DNA of 64,000 nucleotides from Parcubacteria group bacterium (GCA_041659505.1 JBAZYF010000001.1:502712-566711), one strand, 5' to 3'. Counted from the first letter of the stretch, positions 49,762 through 59,513 are shown. Notes: generated from the letters alone by a model not told the origin. A program made the numbers and translations.

Positions 49762-50991
49762 ATGGACTTTAATTTATACAAACCACGAGAAGAAATATCT
49801 GTCTGGAAGCGTCCGATTTCTTTTGGGTTTGTTGTGCTTGTGATGCTGATATTATCGTCTGGTGTGCTTTGGCTGGTGCATAAGAATAATAAAATTGTTT
49901 TTGATGAGAATGATTATCACGTAACTTTTCACAAAAGGCATAAGGTCGCGGTCGTGCTGGAAGCTCCGGAAAAAGAAGTCTGGCATTTTGTGCCCGGGGT
50001 GTTCTCGATGGAACAGATCAAGAAAAATGGTTGCGTGGTAGATGGATTTCTTTCCGGTTATGGCGACAAGACGGGAGATATTGCGGATATGCTTGATCGT
50101 TCGAAGTGCGTCTATCTGCATCGGGCGCTGGAAACGTGGCTACGACCGCCGAATTTTGAGAAGGCGAATGAAATTATGCATACTGTGACCAAGCGGCCGG
50201 TGGTTTATGGAATGTTTTTGGCTGAAGCGATTTCCACGCGCAGAGACTATGAGGATCCCGAGTGGGATCATAAATTTGAGTTCAAAAAAATGTGTCGCAA
50301 TGGAAATTATAACCAATGGGAAAAAAATAGTTGCATCCCGTCTCTTGATGAGCCGGAATATCGCCGGTATCTGAAATCAATTACACACCGGGCGATGGAT
50401 CTCGGGATTCAAAGTTTTATGTTCGGCCAGATGGAACTGCAAGACGAGCATCCTAATTTTGACGAAACGCAAGTGAAAATTGTGCTCGATGATATGCGGA
50501 GCTATGCCAAAGAGAAAAATCTGCAAATTGTCATTGGCGCGCAGACCAACGATATCACCGATGAAAGATATCTGCGTCTGTTTGATTATATCGAAGGCGG
50601 AGTGGGAATCGACAGCAATGGGATTGTGGAAAATCAACCCTGTTCGAGTAAGTTCTCTAGTTGTTGGGCGCTTTTGTGGGACAAGCAATATAGTGCAAAA
50701 GCTAATAATGTCCTGCTGCACCTTGATTGGAGCGGGCTGACCTGGGATGATATGGGCGTGTTTGCGCGGATGAATCAGGATTTACGTGTGAGCACGCTGG
50801 ACGGGCTGTATCACAAATTTACCAAACAAAACATGGGCTTTCTGATGCCATTCCTCGCGGTGCTTAATCATGAAAACGAAGGCTGTTATGGCCCGAACAA
50901 GCATTTTTACACCCCGAGTAAGAAATATCGCTGTGATGACGAGGACAAGATCAATAAGATGATGCCAAATGTGTCTTTGGCGGGGAATTAA
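49762..50991 (+). CDS. Hypothetical membrane-anchored extracellular protein
   Basis: N-terminal TM, Cys-containing ectodomain. Confidence 0.65.
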   Translation: MDFNLYKPREEISVWKRPISFGFVVLVMLILSSGVLWLVHKNNKIVFDENDYHVTFHKRHKVAVVLEAPEKEVWHFVPGVFSMEQIKKNGCVVDGFLSGYGDKTGDIADMLDRSKCVYLHRALETWLRPPNFEKANEIMHTVTKRPVVYGMFLAEAISTRRDYEDPEWDHKFEFKKMCRNGNYNQWEKNSCIPSLDEPEYRRYLKSITHRAMDLGIQSFMFGQMELQDEHPNFDETQVKIVLDDMRSYAKEKNLQIVIGAQTNDITDERYLRLFDYIEGGVGIDSNGIVENQPCSSKFSSCWALLWDKQYSAKANNVLLHLDWSGLTWDDMGVFARMNQDLRVSTLDGLYHKFTKQNMGFLMPFLAVLNHENEGCYGPNKHFYTPSKKYRCDDEDKINKMMPNVSLAGN

Positions 50992-51086
50992 ACTTGTTAG
51001 TTTTGGGCGCGAAGAAAGCTCGTTGAGCTTTCTTTTTTTATTTGCTAAGATGAAAGCAGAGTTGAGATAATATAAAACAAAACTAT

Positions 51087-53810
51087 ATGTTCGGAGATCC
51101 AAGCATGTCGGCAATTCCTAGCCCGGAGAAAAAAAGAATCAAATCGGAAAAAGAAATTTTAAGACCAGGTTTTTTAGAAGAACTGGATGGTCTTTCATCT
51201 TCCCAATTAGAGTTGCTGGCTAAAATTGCGATGGAAAGGCGAGATGAGAAAGTGCTGGACGAAGCAAGGGCGGAAGCTTTTCAATCTCTGGAAAAGCAAG
51301 GGATGGTTTCAAATTCACCAGAAGGGATTATGCTGGTTGATTTGGAAAAAATAAAAAGTATTACAAAATTACCAGCGAAGGAAAAAGAAACTTTTAAAAG
51401 ATCATTGGGTCCGATTCAACTCGACAAAAAGTTTGGGGGGAAGAATTTTTTTAAGGCGCTCACACTGCTTTTTAATGATCAGAAAGTGCTTGCAAAAGAA
51501 GATTATGCTGTGGGAGAGCGAGAGCCAAAAGACCTATTCTATTCCCCTAAAAACAAAGAGGAGGCATTAGATGTGGAGAAAATAAAACAGAGTCAGTTCT
51601 ATATGCTTTTGCCAGGCTTAGTGAAGGTCAATGATTGGGAAAATGTTGAAATTGGCAAAATTCCTTCAAACAAAAAAGATCCTAAAAATGGCTTGGATTA
51701 TCGCGAAGCGTTACTTGCGGTACTTATTTATCATCCAAAATATAGCAATGGTCAGCGCAATGAAAAAGACGGTAAGCTATATGTCAAAAGAAGCGATCGA
51801 GAAGGGAAATATGGAAAAATATCAGCCGAATATCTGATGAAAGAGTATGGCACAATGGGTGGATATTCTGGAATTGAAGGTGGATCGTTACAGAATGGTC
51901 GGCTATTTGTGACGAAGAATCTGCCCAATTTAGTGGCGCGTAAAATGCTTTTGTCGGATGACTTTGAGGCGCACTGGGAAACTGCGACAACAGAAAAAGA
52001 AATTGGTAGCAAGAATTTTCGCCGAAAAGGAATGACGATGTTTAATGGCGTTGCGCATACTGTCAGTAGTAGATTTTCCACTAAAGATAATAGGTTCAAG
52101 GCCTATCATTTGGCGCCAGATGTTGGTGGCGTGGTTGAAGATAGAGACGGACAGAAAAAAATGGTGGCAACTTTTAATATTTTTCAAAAAGGAACCGCGA
52201 AGAAATCAGAGAAAGGATTTTATTTGGCGGGGACGTCAATGACAAAAGCGGTGGATTTGGATAAATTTTCCGAGAGGCAAAAAAATGAAAGCGAAGAGGA
52301 GTTTCAGGCGCGAATGGAAAAAGGCAATCCGGCTAAGTTTATGATGGGAGAGGAGAATTTTGAAGAATATCTGCGTGTGAGAGAAAAACTTTCTCAGGAG
52401 GCGGGCTTTAATTTGAATAAATTACCGATAGAAAAACAAAAGGCACTCTTTGAACTTATGGAAGAAGCAGAAGGTAATGGAAGCGAAGCGCGCTTGCTCA
52501 GTTTACTTGGAGAATACAAAGACGATTGTCTGCAGACGCTTTTAGTCTTCGGGGATGATTCATCTGGGCGGGAAAATATATTCAAAATTGGCGAAATTGA
52601 TCCTAAATTGGCTTGGCCGATCTTTCGCAAGTTCAATCGGATTGCTGATTTGCTGGAGAACGCGAAAGAGAAAATCGCGCATTTTTGGCAAGATAATAAT
52701 CAATCTGGAAAAGAACAGACGGAAGAAGTTCTTCAGGGGTATCGGAAAACGGCTGATGAATATCTACAAGAATTTTCCCAGTTGGCGGAGTTAAAAAGCC
52801 AGGAATTGTGGAAAGTGCGGGAGAGCGAACTAATGCCAAAAATTGACAATTTCTCGGAAAACGTTGTACTTTGGGCAAATTCTTTTCATGTAGCACAAAA
52901 AAGAAAAGAAAGTATTCCGGGGTCAAGTTTCAAGGGAGCGCTGAAGGAATATGAAAAGGCTGAAGGGAATTTTTGGGAACAGTATGGTGCAAAGCAAAGT
53001 GTTCTATCCGGAGCGGAAGTTAATTCGAACCATCATTTGAGAGATCAAATTATTTCTGGCTATCAAAAAGAGTATGAAGAAAGAATAGAGCTAGCTGGCG
53101 GATTGGTTAGTAGTTATCTGAAAAAAATAGAAACACCGGAAAGTAATCAAGCAATGAAAGTTTTCATCCTTCAGGTTGCTGGAAAGTTGGTGGCGCATTG
53201 CCGTTTTGACGAGGAAAAAGACGGGCAAGTTTATTTTGGATCGGCCTTTGTTACAAACTATGAGCAAAGAAACTCTATCGGGCGCTATTTCCTAAATGAA
53301 GCGCTGACCTCAATGGGTGAGAAATATCGCTTGCACGCCGATTGCATTCCGAGCGAAGCCATTTGCGGTCACTATATGTCTAAACAAAATTTTGTGGTAG
53401 ACAGAATAACCGAAGATTATGCCAAATTTGGCGAGCCGTTTATTTTTCACATCACGCGTGAAAAAACTGCAGACATCAAAAAAACGTATTATCAATCAAT
53501 TGCACGCGAGCAAATAATGGAAGAATATCACGCGGGAAATTTTTCCGAAAAAGATGGGCGAATAATTTTGCGTTTTCCAATTCAGAAAAAAGTTTCTCCG
53601 GGAATGTATCCCGAAGAGATGAAAAAGCAACTCACAGAACTGATTAATGAAAAAGGCTTTGTGATGACTGGGTACTTTTTTATTGCTAGTGATGAATCAG
53701 AGAAAGAAAGAATGGTTTATTGTGCACTGGAACGATTGGATGAATCCGGAAATGACTCTGTCGGCGGAACTGGCGTGATTGGTGAGAGTTCCGAAAAAGC
53801 CTTGGAATGA
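51087..53810 (+). CDS. Large hypothetical protein with GNAT-like C-terminal domain
   Basis: 907-aa ORF; YFGSAFV..QRNSIGRYFL resembles GNAT motif A. Confidence 0.6.
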   Translation: MFGDPSMSAIPSPEKKRIKSEKEILRPGFLEELDGLSSSQLELLAKIAMERRDEKVLDEARAEAFQSLEKQGMVSNSPEGIMLVDLEKIKSITKLPAKEKETFKRSLGPIQLDKKFGGKNFFKALTLLFNDQKVLAKEDYAVGEREPKDLFYSPKNKEEALDVEKIKQSQFYMLLPGLVKVNDWENVEIGKIPSNKKDPKNGLDYREALLAVLIYHPKYSNGQRNEKDGKLYVKRSDREGKYGKISAEYLMKEYGTMGGYSGIEGGSLQNGRLFVTKNLPNLVARKMLLSDDFEAHWETATTEKEIGSKNFRRKGMTMFNGVAHTVSSRFSTKDNRFKAYHLAPDVGGVVEDRDGQKKMVATFNIFQKGTAKKSEKGFYLAGTSMTKAVDLDKFSERQKNESEEEFQARMEKGNPAKFMMGEENFEEYLRVREKLSQEAGFNLNKLPIEKQKALFELMEEAEGNGSEARLLSLLGEYKDDCLQTLLVFGDDSSGRENIFKIGEIDPKLAWPIFRKFNRIADLLENAKEKIAHFWQDNNQSGKEQTEEVLQGYRKTADEYLQEFSQLAELKSQELWKVRESELMPKIDNFSENVVLWANSFHVAQKRKESIPGSSFKGALKEYEKAEGNFWEQYGAKQSVLSGAEVNSNHHLRDQIISGYQKEYEERIELAGGLVSSYLKKIETPESNQAMKVFILQVAGKLVAHCRFDEEKDGQVYFGSAFVTNYEQRNSIGRYFLNEALTSMGEKYRLHADCIPSEAICGHYMSKQNFVVDRITEDYAKFGEPFIFHITREKTADIKKTYYQSIAREQIMEEYHAGNFSEKDGRIILRFPIQKKVSPGMYPEEMKKQLTELINEKGFVMTGYFFIASDESEKERMVYCALERLDESGNDSVGGTGVIGESSEKALE

Positions 53811-54550
53811 GACCAGATGAAATTGAAAAGCACTTTATTCATTTGATAGATATTTTTATCAGTAATGATCATTGAAGTGATGGCGTCGGCGGAAAGGGAG
53901 ATGTAGGCGATTTTATTGTCATAGATTTGCATAATCGAGCTAAAGGGATAGAGAGTATAGTCAACAAAGCGCGTGTCAGTTACATCGACATGATATTTTT
54001 CCAAATACTTCCGGGCAAAAGGTGAGTCAACGCAGACCATCTTTTTTTGTTTGTGCAGACGTTCTCTTTGTTTGACGTATTCCTGATTGATTTTGTCCAT
54101 ATATTTCACTACCGCCTCTACGTCGACCAGCGTGCAAATCGTTTCTTGGGCGGTCAGTGTGTCAGCCAATACCTTCCGGAGTCCCTCCTCGCCTTCATAG
54201 AAGCGTACGCCGGGCTTATTGAAGGCTAGATTGTAGTTGGTGACCAATTGAGGCATCAGTTCACCCATCGTTCTTTTGTAGTAATTGACCTTTTGGGCTT
54301 GTTCTTCCAGTCTTTCATTGATCTTATTGGGGTGTTCTACCCGAAAAATGGCTACTTTGCGGGGTTTTTCGATTTTAATGATGAGGCCTTTTTCCGACAG
54401 TTGCTCAAGCAATTTATAGACCAATCCGCGCTTATAGGCGGTTTTTTTATATATCTCACTGGCTGGCGCTTGCCCGATGCCAAGGATAAGCTCATATATT
54501 TCGGCTTCTTTGGCGGTCAAACCTGCCGCAGAGAGGATTTTTTCGTACAT
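53717..54550 (-). CDS. TrmB-family transcriptional regulator
   Basis: GLTAKEAEIY, KPGVRFYEGEEG, IYDNKI, FNFIW. Confidence 0.87.
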   Translation of the reverse strand: MYEKILSAAGLTAKEAEIYELILGIGQAPASEIYKKTAYKRGLVYKLLEQLSEKGLIIKIEKPRKVAIFRVEHPNKINERLEEQAQKVNYYKRTMGELMPQLVTNYNLAFNKPGVRFYEGEEGLRKVLADTLTAQETICTLVDVEAVVKYMDKINQEYVKQRERLHKQKKMVCVDSPFARKYLEKYHVDVTDTRFVDYTLYPFSSIMQIYDNKIAYISLSADAITSMIITDKNIYQMNKVLFNFIWSHSKAFSELSPITPVPPTESFPDSSNRSSAQ

Positions 54551-54588
54551 AATGGTTGTTTTGGCTTAAATTAGGTAAAAATAACTTT

Positions 54589-54748
54589 GTGTCATTCCCG
54601 CGAAGGCGGGAATCCAGGTACCCAAGGCTTTAAAAAGGGAAAAACGGGGGATAGATGGATAAAAAATAGAAGTTAGGGGATTTATAATTCGTTTTTTTGT
54701 AATTTATAACTAGTGGTGCCTGGATCCCCGCCTTCGCGGGGATGACAC
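54589..54748. repeat. MITE/REP-like element family 1, copy 3
   Basis: GTGTCATTCCCGCGAAGGCGGGAATCCAGG / CCTGGATCCCCGCCTTCGCGGGGATGACAC. Confidence 0.82.
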
Positions 54749-54891
54749 GTAAAAATCAATTTCCTACCCCCATTATACACCCCAAATAGTAAATTGTCAA
54801 ATATACGTGACAATAGTATAGCCTAAATACGCCAATATAGTTCCTATAATATCAGATATATTGACATTTCCAAAATATCTTTCACAATATA

Positions 54892-54920
54892 TTGACAAAA
54901 CAGTTCAGAGATGCTATACT
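54892..54920 (+). promoter_or_regulatory. Near-consensus sigma70 promoter driving the array
   Basis: TTGACA-17 nt-TATACT. Confidence 0.8.
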
Positions 54921-54926
54921 ACGCAG

Positions 54927-55360
54927 TCAAGATAAATCGACAAAGTTTCGAAGACATCTGACAGTAATTTTAAATCTAGAATTGTTATTAGCACTAAGGT
55001 GATTGGCGAGCCCCGCTCAACCCTGGCATGGTAGTCAGATTCAATTGAGAAAGGCAAAGCTAATCGAACCAACCTTGGCGCGATACGTCATCTAGTAACC
55101 CTACAATATCAAACCTTATCCATCGTGATGAGTGGCACAGGCTTAATCCTAAAAGATAGTAAGCTTGTCCAGTCCTTATGATCAGTCCAACTTACTAAAA
55201 TTTTAGGTAAACCGGACTTAACGAGAATTAGAGACTAGGGAAATTATGTTATTTGCCTTGCAAACCGGCACTACGAACGCCGGACATGCGAATAAAAATT
55301 TCCCCTTAATTCAAATCATTATAAAAGATAGTGGTTTGATAGAGTGAAGTTCTTTGAAAG
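54927..55360 (+). ncRNA. Long structured leader/ncRNA ending in boxA-like motif
   Basis: No ORF >=60 aa; several stems; GTTCTTTGAAA at 55349-55359. Confidence 0.5.
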
Positions 55361-55390
55361 AAAAGTAGTATAGTTATCACATTTTTCTCC

Positions 55391-55452
55391 AGTTAGTTGT
55401 TTCCATTGCGGTTGTCTTTTTTTGAAGGCAATTGCAGTGGGAATAATTAACT
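55391..55452 (+). repeat. Long G-U-rich hairpin H1, copy 1
   Basis: 27-bp stem AGTTAGTTGTTTCCATTGCGGTTGTCT / AGGCAATTGCAGTGGGAATAATTAACT; copy at 56921. Confidence 0.85.
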
Positions 55453-55502
55453 GAAAACAATCAAAAAATAGCTCTGCGAAAGCGGGGAAGGAGGATGCTA
55501 TA

Positions 55503-55829
55503 ATGAAAAAAATAGTATGTACTGGTCTAAGTTTGTTTTTTCTTTTTTTGTTTGTATATGTCTTCTATACGGTGACAAAAAACACCGTCGAAGACGATGA
55601 AAGCAAAAAAAGTACCCGCTCTTTTTTGTTGGAGCGGGGATACACGAAAGATCTGTTTGAAATGTACGGCCCCCCTAACCGTATATTTCAGATCGATAGC
55701 GACCCAGAGGGTCGCTACGTATATATCTATCAGAAACAAGACGGCACGGGGAGGGCTGCCGTCATAACGGAGGTGAAATTTCTGATAAGGAAGGATGGAA
55801 AGGTTTTGTCAATAACCAATCCATTCTAG
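55503..55829 (+). CDS. Small membrane-anchored hypothetical protein (array gene 1)
   Basis: GGAGG SD, N-terminal TM. Confidence 0.7.
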   Translation: MKKIVCTGLSLFFLFLFVYVFYTVTKNTVEDDESKKSTRSFLLERGYTKDLFEMYGPPNRIFQIDSDPEGRYVYIYQKQDGTGRAAVITEVKFLIRKDGKVLSITNPF

Positions 55830-55858
55830 AAGAGCAAACAGGAAAATCCAAACAATTG

Positions 55859-56115
55859 GTTGCCTGAAAATCCACAGGCGGAAAAGCATGGGTAAATCTC
55901 AAATTTCTTTTGTCTAGTTCTTTTTGAAAGAAACTAGATGCCAGTCCAAGTAAGGCCGAACCTTGGAAAATTGTTCTTTTAAGAAAAAACCCGCCCGACG
56001 AAAAGTCTGGCGGAAAAGTTGTAGGGGAAGTTTGTGGAAATCCTAAACGATTTCCACCTCCTCTTTCAGATCTAAACTTAGTTTAGGTTTGAAATGAGGT
56101 GGATGTTCTTTGAAA
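55859..56115 (+). repeat. 257-bp structured spacer block A, copy 1
   Basis: Identical by eye to 57405-57661 (period 1546); ends in TGTTCTTTGAAA. Confidence 0.92.
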
Positions 56116-56130
56116 AAGTTATCAATAATA

Positions 56131-56188
56131 TTTCTGGTTGTCATTTTAGTTTTTGAGAAAATTCAAAGATTGGAGTGGCAATCGGAAA
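56131..56188 (+). repeat. Long G-U-rich hairpin H2, copy 1
   Basis: 26-bp uninterrupted stem with 8 G-U pairs. Confidence 0.85.
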
Positions 56189-56330
56189 AAACCAGTCTGT
56201 CGAAATTGTAAGTGTGCGATTTTCGAAAAACAGATCGGAAAAGTTTTTTTGGATTTTCGTTGATGTGCCTAGTCAGCGCGGAGAAAGTCCCGGCCACATG
56301 GCGGTCGTAATTCTTCGAAAGGAGAAAGTT

Positions 56331-56723
56331 ATGATAATTATAGTATTTGAGTATGGCAAGAATGGTCAGTATTCCGTAAAACGCACTACTGATGTTTGCG
56401 GTGTACCGGTCCTTGCGGTGTATTGCAGGGGCAATACCCCGCCCGATATGGGAGGGCTGTACCGGTCCGCTTCTGCCGCCATCGATGTCGCCCTTTATAA
56501 TCTTTGCGAGGGCGAAAAACTCGTTCTCGTGGATGGAGCGGATCGGGTTGGATTTGATGTTAAATTCGATCAGGCGGATGTTGCTGTTAACTTTCAGAGA
56601 TTGCGGATTTTCCGTAGCACTGTCACGGGGATGGCGGAGGCCATTGCTGGTCTCTTTCATCTCAGGCGGGAACTCGGCTGGGAATCCGGTCGACCCTGTC
56701 GCGGGGGTAGTTGGGATACGTAG
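56331..56723 (+). CDS. Hypothetical protein (array gene 2)
   Basis: AAGGAG SD before MIIIVFEYG; frame of ORF 56175..56723. Confidence 0.6.
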   Translation: MIIIVFEYGKNGQYSVKRTTDVCGVPVLAVYCRGNTPPDMGGLYRSASAAIDVALYNLCEGEKLVLVDGADRVGFDVKFDQADVAVNFQRLRIFRSTVTGMAEAIAGLFHLRRELGWESGRPCRGGSWDT

Positions 56724-56750
56724 TGCGACGGTTCCCAATCGCATTAAAAA

Positions 56751-56886
56751 AACCTTGTGCTGGCAAGAATAAAAACCAGCAGATTGTGGGGATTTGGGCA
56801 GCCGCTTCATTGCCGCTACCCAATCTTTCCAAGTTCAGTATTTTTTCAAAAATAGTGAGCTTAGATGAGATTTTTGTTCTTTGGAA
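56751..56886 (+). repeat. Structured spacer block B, copy 1
   Basis: Shares ATCTTTCCAAGTTCAGTATTTTTTCAAAAATAGTG.GCTTAGATGAGATTTTTGTTCTTTG with 58345 and 61033 copies and its 5' part with 62147. Confidence 0.9.
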
Positions 56887-56920
56887 GAAAATTTATTAAA
56901 GTTAGAGTATTTTTTCTCCC

Positions 56921-56981
56921 AGTTAGTTGTTTCCATTGCGGTTGTCTATATTTTTAGGCAATTGCAGTGGAAATAATTAAC
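56921..56981 (+). repeat. Hairpin H1, copy 2
   Basis: Near-identical arms, different loop. Confidence 0.85.
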
Positions 56982-57012
56982 CAAAGAACAATTAAATAAA
57001 AAGGATAAAAAA

Positions 57013-57399
57013 ATGAGCTCACTACTAGGCTTAGCGGTGGGGGCATTTCTGGGAGTGGTTGCATCTCTGTGGTATAACCGCACCAGAAAAATGGATATCG
57101 ATCTTCCTTCTGGGAAGATCGAGGTATATTTTAAAAACTATAAAAATGTAGACGGGGAGCGGATGTGGCAAGCATCTGCTTCTCGTGGTGATAAACGGTT
57201 GGGAAGGTCGGTCGTCTTTCCTTCCCTGAAAGAGCTTAGCAAGTTCGTGGCGAAAGCCATTGAGCTCGCAAGGAAAGGCGAGGAAAAGGGATTCAAAGTG
57301 GAAACCCTTTTTCGATGGAATTATGTGGATTTTAGCCGTGAGGGTGAAAAATATCATGGCTATATCCCGACCGGAGAAATCCAAGAACACATCTCATAA
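57013..57399 (+). CDS. Small membrane-anchored hypothetical protein (array gene 3)
   Basis: AAGGA SD, N-terminal TM; no evident similarity to gene 1. Confidence 0.7.
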   Translation: MSSLLGLAVGAFLGVVASLWYNRTRKMDIDLPSGKIEVYFKNYKNVDGERMWQASASRGDKRLGRSVVFPSLKELSKFVAKAIELARKGEEKGFKVETLFRWNYVDFSREGEKYHGYIPTGEIQEHIS

Positions 57400-57404
57400 A
57401 TTGA

Positions 57405-57661
57405 GTTGCCTGAAAATCCACAGGCGGAAAAGCATGGGTAAATCTCAAATTTCTTTTGTCTAGTTCTTTTTGAAAGAAACTAGATGCCAGTCCAAGTAAG
57501 GCCGAACCTTGGAAAATTGTTCTTTTAAGAAAAAACCCGCCCGACGAAAAGTCTGGCGGAAAAGTTGTAGGGGAAGTTTGTGGAAATCCTAAACGATTTC
57601 CACCTCCTCTTTCAGATCTAAACTTAGTTTAGGTTTGAAATGAGGTGGATGTTCTTTGAAA
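57405..57661 (+). repeat. Spacer block A, copy 2
   Basis: Direct repeat of 55859-56115. Confidence 0.92.
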
Positions 57662-57678
57662 GAAAATTAATATATTAT

Positions 57679-57736
57679 TTTCTGATTGTTATCTTAGTTT
57701 TTGAGAAAATTCAAAGATTGGGATGGCAATCAGAAA
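57679..57736 (+). repeat. Hairpin H2, copy 2
   Basis: Diverged from copy 1, all changes keep pairing. Confidence 0.85.
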
Positions 57737-57778
57737 AACAATACAGGAACGTTGAAAAAATAAAAGGGAGAAAATGAA

Positions 57779-57952
57779 ATGCCGAATAAGAATGAGCATT
57801 TTGATCCGGAGGTAGAAAAACTCTACCAGATGTTTAAAAAGCGTCTGATGGAGGAATTATTTGTACTGTCTCCACATTTGCCAACTCTGGCAAATCTTGT
57901 GGACAAATCGGATTATCTTAAACCTATGCCCGGCGGGAAAGACCGGGGATAA
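57779..57952 (+). CDS. Small hypothetical protein (57 aa, not in ORF track)
   Basis: MPNKNEHFDPEVEKLYQMFKKRLMEELF...; GGGAG upstream. Confidence 0.55.
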   Translation: MPNKNEHFDPEVEKLYQMFKKRLMEELFVLSPHLPTLANLVDKSDYLKPMPGGKDRG

Positions 57953-57960
57953 AGGAGGAC

Positions 57961-58197
57961 ATGATGGACGAGTTTTACAAATTGGTTAGCCTGTCTGGAT
58001 CAACCGACGTTTCCTTTCAGGAAATGTCGGATGATGGGCCAGGGGCTCCGACCAGGTATGGTCGGAAAGTGTTTGGTCGGTTCGTAAGGGTGTCAGCAAT
58101 GACACCAGGGAGATGTTGTATTACATCTCCCGTAGTCCTCCTCGCGGATGACGTTTACAACCGGCTTCACGAGTCCGGTTGCAAAACAAACGACTAA
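57961..58197 (+). CDS. Small hypothetical protein
   Basis: AAGGAGG SD, 78 aa. Confidence 0.6.
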   Translation: MMDEFYKLVSLSGSTDVSFQEMSDDGPGAPTRYGRKVFGRFVRVSAMTPGRCCITSPVVLLADDVYNRLHESGCKTND

Positions 58198-58344
58198 TCC
58201 CGGTTGGCTACACAAAAAATCTCCCTCCGGAGTTTTGACCACCTCAGCAAGTCAAGTAAAAGAAAACTGAGGAGAGTAGTCACCTGACTCTAAAAATATA
58301 TCGTGGTGAGCCCAGCGGAAGCAGAGCCGCAAGTTTGTTCTTTA

Positions 58345-58445
58345 TGTGGGGTTTGGGCAGAATACTAAAAAATCTGCCCAATCTTTCCAAGTTCAGTATT
58401 TTTTCAAAAATAGTGAGCTTAGATGAGATTTTTGTTCTTTGAAAA
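58345..58445 (+). repeat. Spacer block B, copy 2
   Basis: Same core; followed by a different long hairpin H3 (~58471-58525). Confidence 0.9.
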
Positions 58446-58571
58446 AAAAGTAAATAAGTTTTCTATTAATTCTTGGTCAATATTTTGTGTGGCAAGTTTT
58501 TTGCTAGATGAAATATTGGCCAGGAGACGTAAAAATAAACTTGAATTCAAGGTTAGCATTAGGAGGTTTCT

Positions 58572-59513
58572 ATGAATAGTTTCAGAGAAGTCCTCTTTGG
58601 TAAAGTTGACCTTGATTCAATGGCGACGGCTTTGGTTTTGGGGATTTCTCCTGAAGATCAAAACCTACGCTCAGTTTCGGGGTCGGCTTCAGCCGAAGAG
58701 TTGAAGGACAGTGATGTCCTTTGTCTCGAGGTCGGAGGCACTGGTCGGACGACGGAAAATTGTTTTGATCATCATCCTTGTGGTGGTGAGAGAAAGATTG
58801 ATCTGTCGGCTGCCGCGCAGGCCTTGGAGCGGATGGCACGCCTTATCCACTATGTGGACGAGGTGGACCGAGGCATTCGGCATGACTGCGAGTGCCGATT
58901 TCCCTCTCTTGTTTCTCTCGTTTCTGGAATGAAATTAATTGTGAAAGAACCGGAAGAGCAAATGAGAAAGGGATTGCAGTTGATGCGGACGGTGCTGCAG
59001 TCGGGATTGGATCCATATGATTGTATGGAAAAAATTACGATTTGGATGCCGGAAGCATCCGAGTGGATTGAAGCAAAACGCCAACACGAACGGCATTTTG
59101 CAGAAGCTACTCAAAACGCCATGTGGTTTCAGACGATTACCGGGATTAAAGTAGTTGCCGTGGAAACGACATGGATTGGTGCGCCCGGGGCATTGTATGG
59201 CCTGGGGGCACATGTAGTAATCGTACTCAACCCCACGTTCGAGCAGGGCGGAAAAGTGTATCGCAAATACACAATCGCTGTGCATCGCGATTTGGGGATT
59301 AATCTGTCTTCGGCTATTTCCGAACTTAGATTGCTCGAGGATGGTTGGGGCGGACCAGCGCACGCCACGATATGCGGCTCTCCACAGGGTGTGGATAGTC
59401 AGCTATCAATGCAAACGGTGGCCGATGTGGTCACGAAAAGTTTGCAGGGCGTGAAACTAGTCAACAAAAAAGAAAGAAAGGAGGAAGAAGAATTGCTCAG
59501 GAAAGCAGCGTAG
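58572..59513 (+). CDS. DHH-like phosphoesterase
   Basis: DLDS, EVGG, FDHH, C-terminal GWGG..GSPQG. Confidence 0.65.
   Translation: MNSFREVLFGKVDLDSMATALVLGISPEDQNLRSVSGSASAEELKDSDVLCLEVGGTGRTTENCFDHHPCGGERKIDLSAAAQALERMARLIHYVDEVDRGIRHDCECRFPSLVSLVSGMKLIVKEPEEQMRKGLQLMRTVLQSGLDPYDCMEKITIWMPEASEWIEAKRQHERHFAEATQNAMWFQTITGIKVVAVETTWIGAPGALYGLGAHVVIVLNPTFEQGGKVYRKYTIAVHRDLGINLSSAISELRLLEDGWGGPAHATICGSPQGVDSQLSMQTVADVVTKSLQGVKLVNKKERKEEEELLRKAA

Noticed and set aside
55011-55020. Third CCCGCTCAA copy as alternative island end
   Set aside because: The 44023 copy is directly followed by a terminator and gives a sensible attP frame; a 9-10 bp match can arise by chance. Not fully excluded.
56278-56300. 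GAGAAAGTCC resembling the RNase P RNA signature
   Set aside because: Not the full GAGGAAAGTCC, and no matching 3' conserved region.
56163-56810. 215-aa minus-strand ORF and other antisense ORFs in the array
   Set aside because: Shadow frames overlapping plus-strand genes that have SDs and fit the module grammar.
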